Position numbers and translations under genes: made by a program | Notes under the pieces: generated by a model | Told to the model about the DNA's origin: nothing | Seen by the model: only the letters and a program-made list of their open reading frames with translations | Databases searched by the model: none | Shown: in pieces, positions 39,742 to 48,895 of the stretch | How positions within the stretch are numbered: the stretch's first letter is position 1 | Layout: every line of letters starts with the position of its first letter | Assembly: GCA_965214775.1 (NCBI GenBank) | Contig: OZ243974.1 | Span: 2,400,001-2,464,000, forward strand | Direction of reading: 5' to 3' | Length of the DNA: 64,000 nucleotides | Source of the DNA: Nitrosopumilus sp. | GTDB lineage: Archaea > Thermoproteota > Nitrososphaeria > Nitrososphaerales > Nitrosopumilaceae

Positions 39742-40209
39742 CTAAATCTCCTGGGCCACCAGTTCCACGTGTGTCAGCACGTTGTTCTTTGGGGTTGCCC
39801 TTCCCATTGCCCTTGGGATGAATCTTTTTACGGTCACTCCCTTGTGAACAGTCGCGTTTATGATCTTCAACCTGTCAAGGTCCATTCCCTTGTATTCTGC
39901 ATTTGATTCCAGATTGTTCAAAACCTTGATGAACTCCTGGGCCGCCTTTTGCGGATAGCGTCCTGACATCATTCCGGGATCAGACTTGTGTCCCACCTGG
40001 TTTTTGAACCTTCTAAAGGCAATTGCCCTGTCCTTGTGGACTACGGCTCGCAGGTAGTCCCTTGCCTTTTCAATGGACAGTCCCTTGATTGCAACTGCCA
40101 CTTCCCTTGCGTGCTTGTGGGAGATGCCTTTTTCCCTTAACGAAGAGCGCACATGGCGCGTCGAGTCATATTTTTGGAAAGCATAGCCGAATCTGCCCAA
40201 GACAATCAC
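39742..40209 (-). CDS. rpl22: 50S ribosomal protein L22 (uL22)
   Basis: 'GRYPQKA', 'PRAMGRA'. Confidence 0.96.
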   Translation of the reverse strand: MIVLGRFGYAFQKYDSTRHVRSSLREKGISHKHAREVAVAIKGLSIEKARDYLRAVVHKDRAIAFRRFKNQVGHKSDPGMMSGRYPQKAAQEFIKVLNNLESNAEYKGMDLDRLKIINATVHKGVTVKRFIPRAMGRATPKNNVLTHVELVAQEI

Positions 40210-40601
40210 TTCAATGGAACGTAGAGGCTTGATCTTGATGCACCTACGCCTGGAGCACCGTGTGAGACCCTCTTGTTTGTTATGACATATTCCCCGAGGT
40301 AGTGCCCGATCATCTCTGTCCGGATCACAACTGGAACAAACTCCTTTCCCGAGAAAACATTTACCGTAACGTCTACCATGTAAGGCAGGACAATCAAGTC
40401 TCTGACATGCGTCTTGATTGGATTTTTTAACTTGCCTGCTTTTGCAGCCTTTATCTCTTCGATCAGCTTTCTCTTGCCGTCTGTAATCCCCCTTGTAAGG
40501 GACCTTCTCTGCCTTGCATTAAACAGCTGGAACAGCTTTTCTAATGACATGCCCTCCAATTCCTCCCTTGGAATGCCCCTGTATGCAAATTCCTTAACCG
40601 T
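40206..40601 (-). CDS. rps19: 30S ribosomal protein S19 (uS19), apparent ACG start
   Basis: ACG-VKEFAYRG...; 'MIGHYLGE', 'GVGASRSS'. Confidence 0.93.
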   Translation of the reverse strand, partial: TVKEFAYRGIPREELEGMSLEKLFQLFNARQRRSLTRGITDGKRKLIEEIKAAKAGKLKNPIKTHVRDLIVLPYMVDVTVNVFSGKEFVPVVIRTEMIGHYLGEYVITNKRVSHGAPGVGASRSSLYVPLK

Positions 40602-40691
40602 TATGGCTCATCTCCGTATCTTTCTGCATTTCTGCATTTCTGCCTTCCTTTATGTATGCCTGCATGTGTTCTTGGAGTTTCAGTGTCCATA

Positions 40692-40958
40692 TTATAGCAT
40701 TCCTATCTTTGTTGCAAGGTCCCTTGCCTTTTCGGTGTTTGTAAATTTGACAAATGCCTTTTTGCCGTAAATGGTTCTGGCAGTGTTGACGTCTGTGATC
40801 TTCTCGTTGTAAAGTACGCCGATGGCCTCGGCGATCTCCGGCTTGCTTGCAGATCTGTCCACGATAAAACAGATCTTGCTTTCGTTTTCAACCATTGCAA
40901 ACGTCCTTTCTGTAATGTGCGGCTTTATGATGATTTTGGTTGCTTTATCCACGTTCAT
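40692..40958 (-). CDS. rpl23: 50S ribosomal protein L23 (uL23)
   Basis: 'PHITE', 'GKKAFVK'. Confidence 0.95.
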   Translation of the reverse strand: MNVDKATKIIIKPHITERTFAMVENESKICFIVDRSASKPEIAEAIGVLYNEKITDVNTARTIYGKKAFVKFTNTEKARDLATKIGML

Positions 40959-41794
40959 TGCGCCGTCCTCACCATTACCTCCAGGTGTGTTGATTTGATC
41001 TTTCCGATTTCCTTGATTGCGGATTTTGAATATACCGTCAGCCTGATGGGATCCGAGCCGGGCGACAGGTCCAGGACGCTGAGATCCTTTGCAGCAGTTG
41101 CCTCCACTCCCGGCAGGGCCCCGACTGCCCTTGAAATGTTTGCGGCGTCTTTTACTACAAACAGTACGCTCTTTCCCACCTTTTTGCTTCTTCCTCTCAG
41201 TCTGGACTGGCCGGAGCGGGCCTTTCTTGCATAAAGCCTTTTGACGTCCTGGGACAGCTTTAACGAATCCAGTATCCTGAGAATTACATTTGTCCTGGAG
41301 ACTGATTCAATGTCATCAGAAACGACAATCGGAAACGATTCGATTCCCTCCACCCTGTGCCCCCTTGACTTGACTAGCTCCTTTGATGCAGTAGCCGCAA
41401 TTGCCGAGCACAGCGCCAGCTTTTTTTCCTTTTTGTTGAGTTTTTTGTAAATGACTTTTTCTACGATTGGCGGATGTGCCTGCCTTCCGCCCCTGGTGGA
41501 TGCAACTTCGGCACCCTGGCCCTGCCTTCCGCCACCGCCTCCCTGGGCCCTTGCCACGCGGGAGACGCCCCGCCCTGTCGGGGGGTCGTGGGAGTCTGCA
41601 ACAACATCCATTCCCGCCGTCGGATGCCTTCCCTGCCGCTGGAATCTGTGCGAGTTTAGATTGGTGTAAGCTTTGCAGATCAGCTCTTTTCTGTAGGGGG
41701 TTGAAAATACCAGCGGAAGCTCGATCTCTTCTTGCCTTGTTCCGTCCGTGGATGAGACCACCGCTGTTGTTGTCGTTGTTGTCGTTGTTTCCAC
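40955..41794 (-). CDS. rpl4: 50S ribosomal protein L4 (uL4)
   Basis: 'TGRGVSR', 'GGRQAHPP', 'KKLNKKE'. Confidence 0.96.
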   Translation of the reverse strand: METTTTTTTTAVVSSTDGTRQEEIELPLVFSTPYRKELICKAYTNLNSHRFQRQGRHPTAGMDVVADSHDPPTGRGVSRVARAQGGGGGRQGQGAEVASTRGGRQAHPPIVEKVIYKKLNKKEKKLALCSAIAATASKELVKSRGHRVEGIESFPIVVSDDIESVSRTNVILRILDSLKLSQDVKRLYARKARSGQSRLRGRSKKVGKSVLFVVKDAANISRAVGALPGVEATAAKDLSVLDLSPGSDPIRLTVYSKSAIKEIGKIKSTHLEVMVRTAQ

Positions 41795-42789
41795 TATGCG
41801 ACTACCTCCAGGATGTTTGGTTTTACGACTTTGGATGGGGCGTTTCTGATCTGGCTTCTTAGCTTGATCAGCCTTTTATACGTTCCAGGAACCGAGCCTT
41901 TTAAAATTATAAAATCTCCCCTGACAAAGCCAAAGTGCTTGTAGCCGCCCTTTGGATTAATCTCAATCTGCCCGTCCTTGGCGTTTCCCATGACCATAAT
42001 CCGCTTGTCATACTCTGTTCTTTGGTGGAACCCCATCTGTCCTGCTCTGGGAACCGTATACATGACGTATTGCGGCGATATTGGACCAAGCGAGCCGAGT
42101 TCCCTTACGGTCTTTCTTGACTTGTGCTGCTTTTTCTTTGCGCCATACCTCTGGATGACGCCCTGCCATCCCTTTCCCTTTGTAATTGCAGCAACGTCAA
42201 CGCTTGCGCCGGTCTCAAAAGTTTGATCAATCCTGATCTCTTTGCCAAGAAGTTCCTTGACATGGTTGAACTGTCTTACAACGTCGCCGCCGCTTACTGA
42301 TGCCTCAAAGACGTATGGCTTTTTCTGCTCCAGCCCTGCAGCCCTAGGCGAGACTGCAAGAATTGCAAAGATCTCCTTGATTTTTCCAAGTTTTTTCTCT
42401 GCAATGTCCAGTGCCCCTTCGTCGCTTTTCAATGTGATCTCCTTGGCAATGTATCTTGGAATGCCTTCAGAAGCATAAACGTCAAACTCTGCATGCAGAC
42501 CGTCATGATCCTTTGAATACCCCCTGATCCCCAGAACCAGGACAGGCGGAGTGGCCAGAACGGTTCCAAGGCTTACCATCTGTTTTCCCGCATTTGGCGT
42601 CTTGCTTCTGTCATCAATGCTGACAACCTGGACACATCCGGCTTTGAATCCGCAATGGGCCAAAATTTTCGGCTCTTCTGAATCTGATTTTGGCCATGCA
42701 CGGATTCTTGCCTCCATGCTTTTGGCACGCCCTCTAGGCAGGTATGCAAGGCTTCCTCTGCGCGGCTGACTGTGTCTTCTGGCACCCAT
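41794..42789 (-). CDS. rpl3: 50S ribosomal protein L3 (uL3)
   Basis: 'PRRGSL', 'TKGKG', 'GQMGFHQRTE', 'KGSVPG'. Confidence 0.97.
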   Translation of the reverse strand: MGARRHSQPRRGSLAYLPRGRAKSMEARIRAWPKSDSEEPKILAHCGFKAGCVQVVSIDDRSKTPNAGKQMVSLGTVLATPPVLVLGIRGYSKDHDGLHAEFDVYASEGIPRYIAKEITLKSDEGALDIAEKKLGKIKEIFAILAVSPRAAGLEQKKPYVFEASVSGGDVVRQFNHVKELLGKEIRIDQTFETGASVDVAAITKGKGWQGVIQRYGAKKKQHKSRKTVRELGSLGPISPQYVMYTVPRAGQMGFHQRTEYDKRIMVMGNAKDGQIEINPKGGYKHFGFVRGDFIILKGSVPGTYKRLIKLRSQIRNAPSKVVKPNILEVVA

Positions 42790-42887
42790 TGTTAAGACGC
42801 GTCATCGAAAACCCTCTATTAAACCATGTGTAACTTGGTTAACCTGGAATATTTTTGTGGTTAACTGCCTGCCTGTGTCCGAAATTT

Positions 42888-43007
42888 TTACGGCCAAAAC
42901 AATTTTGATGATGATGCAATGATGTTGTAAATGGTGTACGCCCCGATTGCTATTCCTGCTGCACCCACCCCGATTGCAAGCAACAAGAAATTCTTTCTTT
43001 CTGCCAT
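42888..43007 (-). CDS. 39-aa single-TM small protein
   Basis: MAERKNFLLLAIGVGAAGIAIGAYTIYNIIASSSKLFWP, 9 bp after the SPOUT gene. Confidence 0.55.
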   Translation of the reverse strand: MAERKNFLLLAIGVGAAGIAIGAYTIYNIIASSSKLFWP

Positions 43008-43016
43008 TGTATGTGA

Positions 43017-43832
43017 TCACCGCACTCTCTGGGAGTTTATTACTGCCAGCGTTCCTAAAAGCGCCTCTTCTAGCCGGACAGTCTCTGTTGCCTGATCCGG
43101 AAAAAAATTCAGCGACTTTGCGTTCTGGAGGTTTTTCATCCTTCCTCCGAGTATCTCGTGGACCCCTTTCTCCGGGGAGCCGAACACCAGAAGTGTCTCC
43201 TCCTTGGACTTTACGTACTTTGAGAGCTGTTCTCTTGTGGCAGTCCTTCCCTTTCTGGATGTAATGATGGTGCCTCCCTTCTTCCACTCGTTGATTAATG
43301 AAAACAGGCTTGCCCTCTCCTTTACAGAATATCCCCAGTACTTTGGAATCTCTGACTTGCGGATCTCTTTGAGAGCCAGTCCCGGATGGCCCTCCTTGAA
43401 CTGAACCGTGACTCTTTTGCCCATGGGTGTTTTTCCAAAGAACGGAACCAGCCTGTCTATTCCGACATCTACGAATTTCTTGCCTTTTGCGCCAACTATG
43501 ATCCCCTCTCTGATGTCCCCCCGTTTGATCTTTTCTGGATTTGCAGGCGTTGTATGGCTTGCAATTCTCAATGGCTGCAAAACCCCTGCAAATTTCAAGT
43601 CGTTTATTTTTGGGAACAGCCTTTTCCGCAAAAACTGCGGGGTCTCCAGATACCTTAGAATCGTTACCATCAGATTGCCATCCTGCCTGTTTTGTCCCTC
43701 CTGGTACACGTAGATGGTGTCTACTTTGAAGATTGCACATGCGCGCGCCAGCACCGAGACCTTTCTGGTTTTGTCGATTTTCAGGGACTCGTCTGAGAGT
43801 GCCGACTCTGGGATTGCAACTGAGAGTTTCAA
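43017..43832 (-). CDS. SPOUT RNA methyltransferase (COG2106)
   Basis: 'LSVAIP.S', 'YLETPQFLRK', 'YWGY', 'QATETVRLEEA'. Confidence 0.9.
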   Translation of the reverse strand: MKLSVAIPESALSDESLKIDKTRKVSVLARACAIFKVDTIYVYQEGQNRQDGNLMVTILRYLETPQFLRKRLFPKINDLKFAGVLQPLRIASHTTPANPEKIKRGDIREGIIVGAKGKKFVDVGIDRLVPFFGKTPMGKRVTVQFKEGHPGLALKEIRKSEIPKYWGYSVKERASLFSLINEWKKGGTIITSRKGRTATREQLSKYVKSKEETLLVFGSPEKGVHEILGGRMKNLQNAKSLNFFPDQATETVRLEEALLGTLAVINSQRVR

Positions 43833-43867
43833 TGTTGTATGGTATTGCAGGCAGTTAATATCTTTAG

Positions 43868-44614
43868 TCAGTTTTGGCCGTGCGGGTACTTTTCTTTGGC
43901 AGTCTTTGCATAGTTTGCAACCTGCTTGTCTGAGACTATCTCGTAGAGCCCCGTGTCGGTCTTGACCTGGGCCATTCTGATTTGGCTTGAGCTTTCCTTG
44001 TCCTCGCTTGCAAGGTAAATCCCCGCGGCTGCCAGTGCCGCTGCATCATCCAGCGAGAGGTCCTTGCCGTAATTTTTTTCCAAAAAGTCCGTGACCTGAT
44101 CTGAGCGGGAGCCGATTGCAATTGCATCATACGAAATGTAGGTTCCGCTGGGATCAGTCAGGAACAGCTGCGGCCTCTTCTCGACGACCCCTCCCAAAAT
44201 CAGGGCAACCCCGTAGGGCCTAAGACCTGCGTACTGCGTGTACTGCTGGGACTGGTCTGCAAGGTGTTTTGCAATCGTTTCGACTTCGACTGCCTCATCG
44301 TAAATCATTTTGTTGCTTTGTGAGAAAAATCGCGCATTGTCAACCTGGCTTCTGGCATCCGGAATGTATCCGGCAGCCGCAACACCAACATGATCATCAA
44401 TCTGGAAAATCTTTTGGGCCACATCTGAAACCTGCAGTTTTCTGGTCTTTTCTTCTACTGCAATGACGATGCCGTCCTTGCATTTTATTCCTATGGCAAT
44501 GGTTCCTCTTTTTACCGTTTCAATGGCATATTCCACCTGGTAGAGTCTGCCGTCTGGCGAGAAGACCGTAATTGCTCTGTCGTAGCCTTGCTGTGCAGGA
44601 AGCATTTGATTCAA
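43868..44614 (-). CDS. psmA: Proteasome subunit alpha
   Basis: 'YDRAITVFSPDGRLYQVEYA'. Confidence 0.97.
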   Translation of the reverse strand: MNQMLPAQQGYDRAITVFSPDGRLYQVEYAIETVKRGTIAIGIKCKDGIVIAVEEKTRKLQVSDVAQKIFQIDDHVGVAAAGYIPDARSQVDNARFFSQSNKMIYDEAVEVETIAKHLADQSQQYTQYAGLRPYGVALILGGVVEKRPQLFLTDPSGTYISYDAIAIGSRSDQVTDFLEKNYGKDLSLDDAAALAAAGIYLASEDKESSSQIRMAQVKTDTGLYEIVSDKQVANYAKTAKEKYPHGQN

Positions 44615-44746
44615 ATGTTTTGGAGTTTAATTTAAAGTCTGCCCATGACCTGCCCGGGTTGGCATTTCTGGGATGGGCCTGAAAAATAGCCGCTTTTTTG
44701 CCGTTTTCCTTGATCCCTTAAGTAATATTTTGACGTAGTCAATGAA

Positions 44747-45139
44747 ATGAATTTTGAAAACCTCCTGACGAGAATCATGAATTCGGACGTAAATATCAGG
44801 CATAGTATCGTTACGGATGCCGACGGAAACATACTTGCAACAAACCACCGCAAAGGCGTGACAAACTATCTGTCGCCAGAGGAGACTGCAGCATCACTGC
44901 AAAGGGCTGCAAGCTCCTGGAAGGGAAGAAAGGCGTTGGGGCCAAAAATCGGAAGCGGGCTGTATGCAGTAGCTGCCTTTGAAAAGATTACCAGGATGAC
45001 ATTTCCTTTGGGAAACGATCATCTGATCTTTGTAAGCATGGGCTCTGATACGGTTCGAATGGACATGCACGAAGGCGGTCAGAAGCAGATCATCGAGCAC
45101 GTGCTAAACATTTTGAGTCGTGATCCCACCAGAGAATGA
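44747..45139 (+). CDS. Roadblock/profilin-like thaumarchaeal protein (DUF6659-like)
   Basis: 'IG...YAVAAFEKITRMTFPL'. Confidence 0.7.
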   Translation: MNFENLLTRIMNSDVNIRHSIVTDADGNILATNHRKGVTNYLSPEETAASLQRAASSWKGRKALGPKIGSGLYAVAAFEKITRMTFPLGNDHLIFVSMGSDTVRMDMHEGGQKQIIEHVLNILSRDPTRE

Positions 45140-45221
45140 TCTGAACGGTGATTATTCCCGCCCTCTCTTTTGTTTTTCAAATGAAAGCTTAATGTTGAGC
45201 AACAACGTTGTTTTTTCTGGC

Positions 45222-45683
45222 ATGGAGTTTGAGATTGGGTTTTCAGGACATCAAAACATCCGCTCCAACCACAAGAAAACAATCGAGATTACAAGGGCAT
45301 CCCATCTTAGCACTCGTGGTGACTGCATTGTCGGCATTAATGCGACATCCGGCTGCGCTGATTTGCCCCAGGAACTAAAAGAAAAATTAAAGGATCCCGA
45401 CTCAAAAGTCACCTTCTCAATCAGTGTGGGAGGCGAGGAGTTTGCCGTTGTCGGCAGGGGGCATCCTGATTTGATACTGACACACAAAGACGACATTGTA
45501 ATTAGAAAAAGTGATTTTATCTGTCCTAGAACCATGGCAATCAGGTGCGACAAGGCATCTGACTTGGTCCCTAGAGGGATGGTCTCCTTGCTGCAAAACC
45601 CCCTGGCAAAGGGGTTTTTCACCATCAGGATTGAAGAGGACAAAGGAAAAGAGGACAAAAAAGAAGAATTGCAATCATTATAG
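45222..45683 (+). CDS. DUF371 domain protein
   Basis: 'GHQNI...H..TIEIT...L..RGDCIVG', 'GRGHPDL', 'IRKS'. Confidence 0.88.
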   Translation: MEFEIGFSGHQNIRSNHKKTIEITRASHLSTRGDCIVGINATSGCADLPQELKEKLKDPDSKVTFSISVGGEEFAVVGRGHPDLILTHKDDIVIRKSDFICPRTMAIRCDKASDLVPRGMVSLLQNPLAKGFFTIRIEEDKGKEDKKEELQSL

Positions 45684-45725
45684 TACCAGTGGCAATAATG
45701 AGACAATTTTATACTCTGTTTTTTT

Positions 45726-45854
45726 ATGTGCGGTGTGGGAAGAAAGGCCAATTTTTTGATTCTAGTTCCTTTGGCAGCTTTTGCTGCTGCAATCATTGGG
45801 TTTGGAATGTACAACACAATTTGTAAAAACTCCAACATTCCGATAAATTGCTAA
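45726..45854 (+). CDS. ~40-aa single-TM small protein
   Basis: (MCG)VGRKANFLILVPLAAFAAAIIGFGMYNTICKNSNIPINC. Confidence 0.45.
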   Translation: MCGVGRKANFLILVPLAAFAAAIIGFGMYNTICKNSNIPINC

Positions 45855-46789
45855 AAAAGAGAGATGATACAGCAACGGGCAGAGGCCTTTGAGTCAAAAC
45901 ATGGTCAGATCGCCCGTAAAAGACCTCGATTATTTGTGAGTGTTGCTACAGTCTTCCCAAAAGTGCCCGTCTCACGGCGGTGCAGACGGCGGCATGCAGA
46001 TCTGCAGGCATCCTCATCTGAATTGTTTCTAGTTTGGGATAATTTGATGTGGTACTTCTGGGAAGACTGCTATGGCAGATAATTTTTCCTCCGACACTGT
46101 CTTCAATTGGTTTGATTAAGGTCTTGCAAGTATATGATCATTCTCATTTAAGACGCCAGTAAATATCGGATCCTTGGCTATGTCACTAGTCATACATTAG
46201 AACTCACATCATATCTGAGATATATCGCTTTTTCTTTTTCATCAAGTTCTTCTAGGATTTCTTTGAGTTGATCAAAATCGTTTGTTTGTTCAACGCCCTC
46301 AACAATAGTCTGTTTGATAAAGTCCTCCAATGATTGAGACATGTTGGTTTTACGCCAAACTACTAGTTAAATAATTTTAGATATGCCCAGTAGTTGAAAA
46401 TGCATACTCCATATGCTGCCTGTGTGATGATGTCTCCATCCATTCACGGCTCTGCACGCATTGGATTCGGCATGCCAGAACCACGTAAGACAGATGCTCT
46501 GGCAAACAAAAGTACATTTTCAACTACTGATGCTGCATGAATCTCGTGCGTAATCGGTGCAGATCAAGAAAAACCAGGCAGTTTTTACGTCATCTTTGCA
46601 ACAAAGTGAAATGTAAGCGGGATTGCTGCGTTGCCTTGCTGTTTAGACGTCGTGCCTTTTGTCCGGTTTCTGTTTTTACTCAATTTTTTGGCACGTTTCC
46701 TGGCTGATAAAAAACATGCAGTAAAAACAATGCATTGGTAAAATCTAATTTATCATGGCTTTCTTAAACCATGACCTTCTCTTCATTTT

Positions 46790-47131
46790 ATGGCAAACCT
46801 GACCGTTGAACTGCCTGTTTCAAAGAAACCGACTGATGCGGAGCTAAAAAAATTAAAGGACTATTTTAAAGAGATGCCTGTAGGCGAGGTTCTTGCCGGG
46901 CTGAAATTTGCCAAAAATCGATGGTCTGCAAAAGATGCCGGAACGCTAAAGGTCGGAAGAAAAAGCATAATCCAAAAAGAGGTCCATTCTGTAACTGCCG
47001 AGCAGGCCCAATGGAGGCTAAAAAACTGGAAGATGATGATTGCCAACTATCGAAGACGCGGTTACAGCTATCCTACAATTTCTCGAATTAAAAAAATCTT
47101 GGTTCAAAAAAGCAAAAAAAAGTCTAGGTGA
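46790..47131 (+). CDS. Basic conserved hypothetical protein
   Basis: 113 aa; TTAAA box ~25 nt upstream. Confidence 0.75.
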   Translation: MANLTVELPVSKKPTDAELKKLKDYFKEMPVGEVLAGLKFAKNRWSAKDAGTLKVGRKSIIQKEVHSVTAEQAQWRLKNWKMMIANYRRRGYSYPTISRIKKILVQKSKKKSR

Positions 47132-47480
47132 TCCGAAGATTCCATTTTTTGGACCATCTTCTGATGAGAAATACCGCAATGGCATATGTGATTGCAGTAT
47201 GAACAATGAGGCCATAAATCGTCAGTTCCGGACTGCTTCCCAAGACCGCATAGCCCCAATCAAACCCGGTCTCCTCTGAGAACACTTTTTGGTCATACTC
47301 TGAGGCTTCATCAAACGGGTTGACAGCTGACTGTACGCCTGTTGAGACTGCGTTAAAAACAATGATAATCAAAAGATACCATCGCAGTCTTTTTACTCTG
47401 TATGAAGCTATGATGTCCATTATCGGAATAAAACAAAACACTGTTTGCCATGTCAGGCTGACAGGACCTTTGGCAGGCAT
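47124..47480 (-). CDS. Hypothetical membrane protein
   Basis: Three hydrophobic segments; 'RRWSKKWN' end. Confidence 0.7.
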   Translation of the reverse strand: MPAKGPVSLTWQTVFCFIPIMDIIASYRVKRLRWYLLIIIVFNAVSTGVQSAVNPFDEASEYDQKVFSEETGFDWGYAVLGSSPELTIYGLIVHTAITYAIAVFLIRRWSKKWNLRIT

Positions 47481-47805
47481 GAGGATGTTGATTTATGGCT
47501 CTTATTTAGCGTTGTCAAGAGGTAGCGGCCAGGACAAATGCGAATCAAAAGGATCGTCTCTGTCATACTGTTGGATCATATTCAAGGTGCCGTGTTTCTT
47601 GCCATGCTTTGTTCCTGCCAGGTTTTCCAGCACGTTCTGCTTTGGCTGAATGTATGAAAAAAAAATAAAACGGCTGCCATTAAAACCCCTATTCTCTTGT
47701 TTCGGGAACAAGCCGTCTCAAGGCTTTGTCAATGTGCAACGGGCATCAAATGAATTGCTGATCATAAATCATGTGGCGCCAAGAGTCAAAGACACATGCA
47801 AATTA

Positions 47806-48846
47806 TCTATCATACGAAAATTAGTTCCGCCTAAGATCAGGCGTACTTTGAAGGATTATTTTAGGCTGTACCGATCAAAAAACGTGAGGAAAAAATTGGA
47901 GGAAAAGTCGCTCCGGTACATAGAAAAGCAGAGGAAAAAGGGCGTGCCTGCAAAGCAGATAGCCCGGGAGCTGGGCATCAGCGACAGGTATGTCAGGAAG
48001 ATATGGGCCAGATTCCGCAGCTCCGGCACAGTCCTGCCACGGAGCGGGGCAGGAAGGCCCTGCATGGACACGGATCCCGTGGATGTGGAGGCGGTCCTTG
48101 ACGCATATGCGCGGATGCCGTCGGGTGTGGAGAGGCTGGCATTGCGCATGAGGGCCGCAGGCAGGCAGATAAGCTACCATGCAGTATACAGGATCATGAA
48201 GGTCGAGGGAATAACGGACGGCTCGCCTGCCAGACCCAGACAGCTCAAGTGGCTGCGCTATGAGCGCAAGTACTCCAATGCAATGTGGCACGTGGACTGG
48301 CACGAAATGAAGGATTCACGCCTAGAAAAACTCAATCTGGTGGCATATCTTGACGATTCCTCGCGGTGCATAACCGGATTTGGCGTCTTTGAGCGCGCGA
48401 CCTCGGAGAACGCAGTCCTGGTGCTGCGCAAGGCCATCAAAGAGTTCGGGACGCCGGCCCAGGTACTCTCGGACAACGGCAGCTGCTTTACGTCAGCCAG
48501 GCGCGGTACCCCAAGGGGCAGCTGGACGCCCACGCTGTTTGAGAACGAGCTGCTAGAGCACAGCATCGTCCTGCTCAACTCGCGTCCGCATCACCCCCAG
48601 ACCAACGGCAAGTTGGAGAGGTGGTTCAGAACGCTTGAGAAGGAGCTGACGCACTTTGAGAAGGTAGACGAGTTCATCGAGTTCTACAACGAGCACAGGA
48701 CGCACTGGTCGCTTGACATCAAGCGTGCAGAGACTCCCAGAATGGCGTTCCGGAGCCGGGAGGCCACAGAAGCGATCAGGAAAAGCGACCCCAAATGGAT
48801 GGAGAAGGATACTAATGAGGGGCGGAACTAATTTTCATATGAAACA
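47806..48846 (+). mobile_element. IS481-family element with 14-bp TSD
   Basis: TIR TCATA(C/T)GAAAATTAGTTCCGCC, right end ...ACA; ACACATGCAAATTA duplicated at 47792-47805 and 48847-48860. Confidence 0.88.
47884..48831 (+). CDS. IS481-family DDE transposase
   Basis: HTH; WHVD, DDSSR, SDNG, PQTNGKLER; start placed at the GTG inside the element. Confidence 0.9.
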   Translation: MRKKLEEKSLRYIEKQRKKGVPAKQIARELGISDRYVRKIWARFRSSGTVLPRSGAGRPCMDTDPVDVEAVLDAYARMPSGVERLALRMRAAGRQISYHAVYRIMKVEGITDGSPARPRQLKWLRYERKYSNAMWHVDWHEMKDSRLEKLNLVAYLDDSSRCITGFGVFERATSENAVLVLRKAIKEFGTPAQVLSDNGSCFTSARRGTPRGSWTPTLFENELLEHSIVLLNSRPHHPQTNGKLERWFRTLEKELTHFEKVDEFIEFYNEHRTHWSLDIKRAETPRMAFRSREATEAIRKSDPKWMEKDTNEGRN

Positions 48847-48895
48847 ACACATGCAAATTACAAAAGATTTATAGCTTTGAGGATGACTGAAAAAT

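Noticed and set aside
40602-40691. rpl2 absent between rpl23 and rps19; operon ends after rpl6
   Set aside because: As far as I recall this split is lineage-typical in Thaumarchaeota; the genes are likely elsewhere, so no loss is claimed.
46030-46342. Short acidic ORF (MSQSLEDF...) and downstream fragments on the minus strand
   Set aside because: Short, stop-interrupted, no recognisable family.
47650-47883. Long N-terminal extension of the IS481 ORF
   Set aside because: It begins outside the element's left end; chance open frame.
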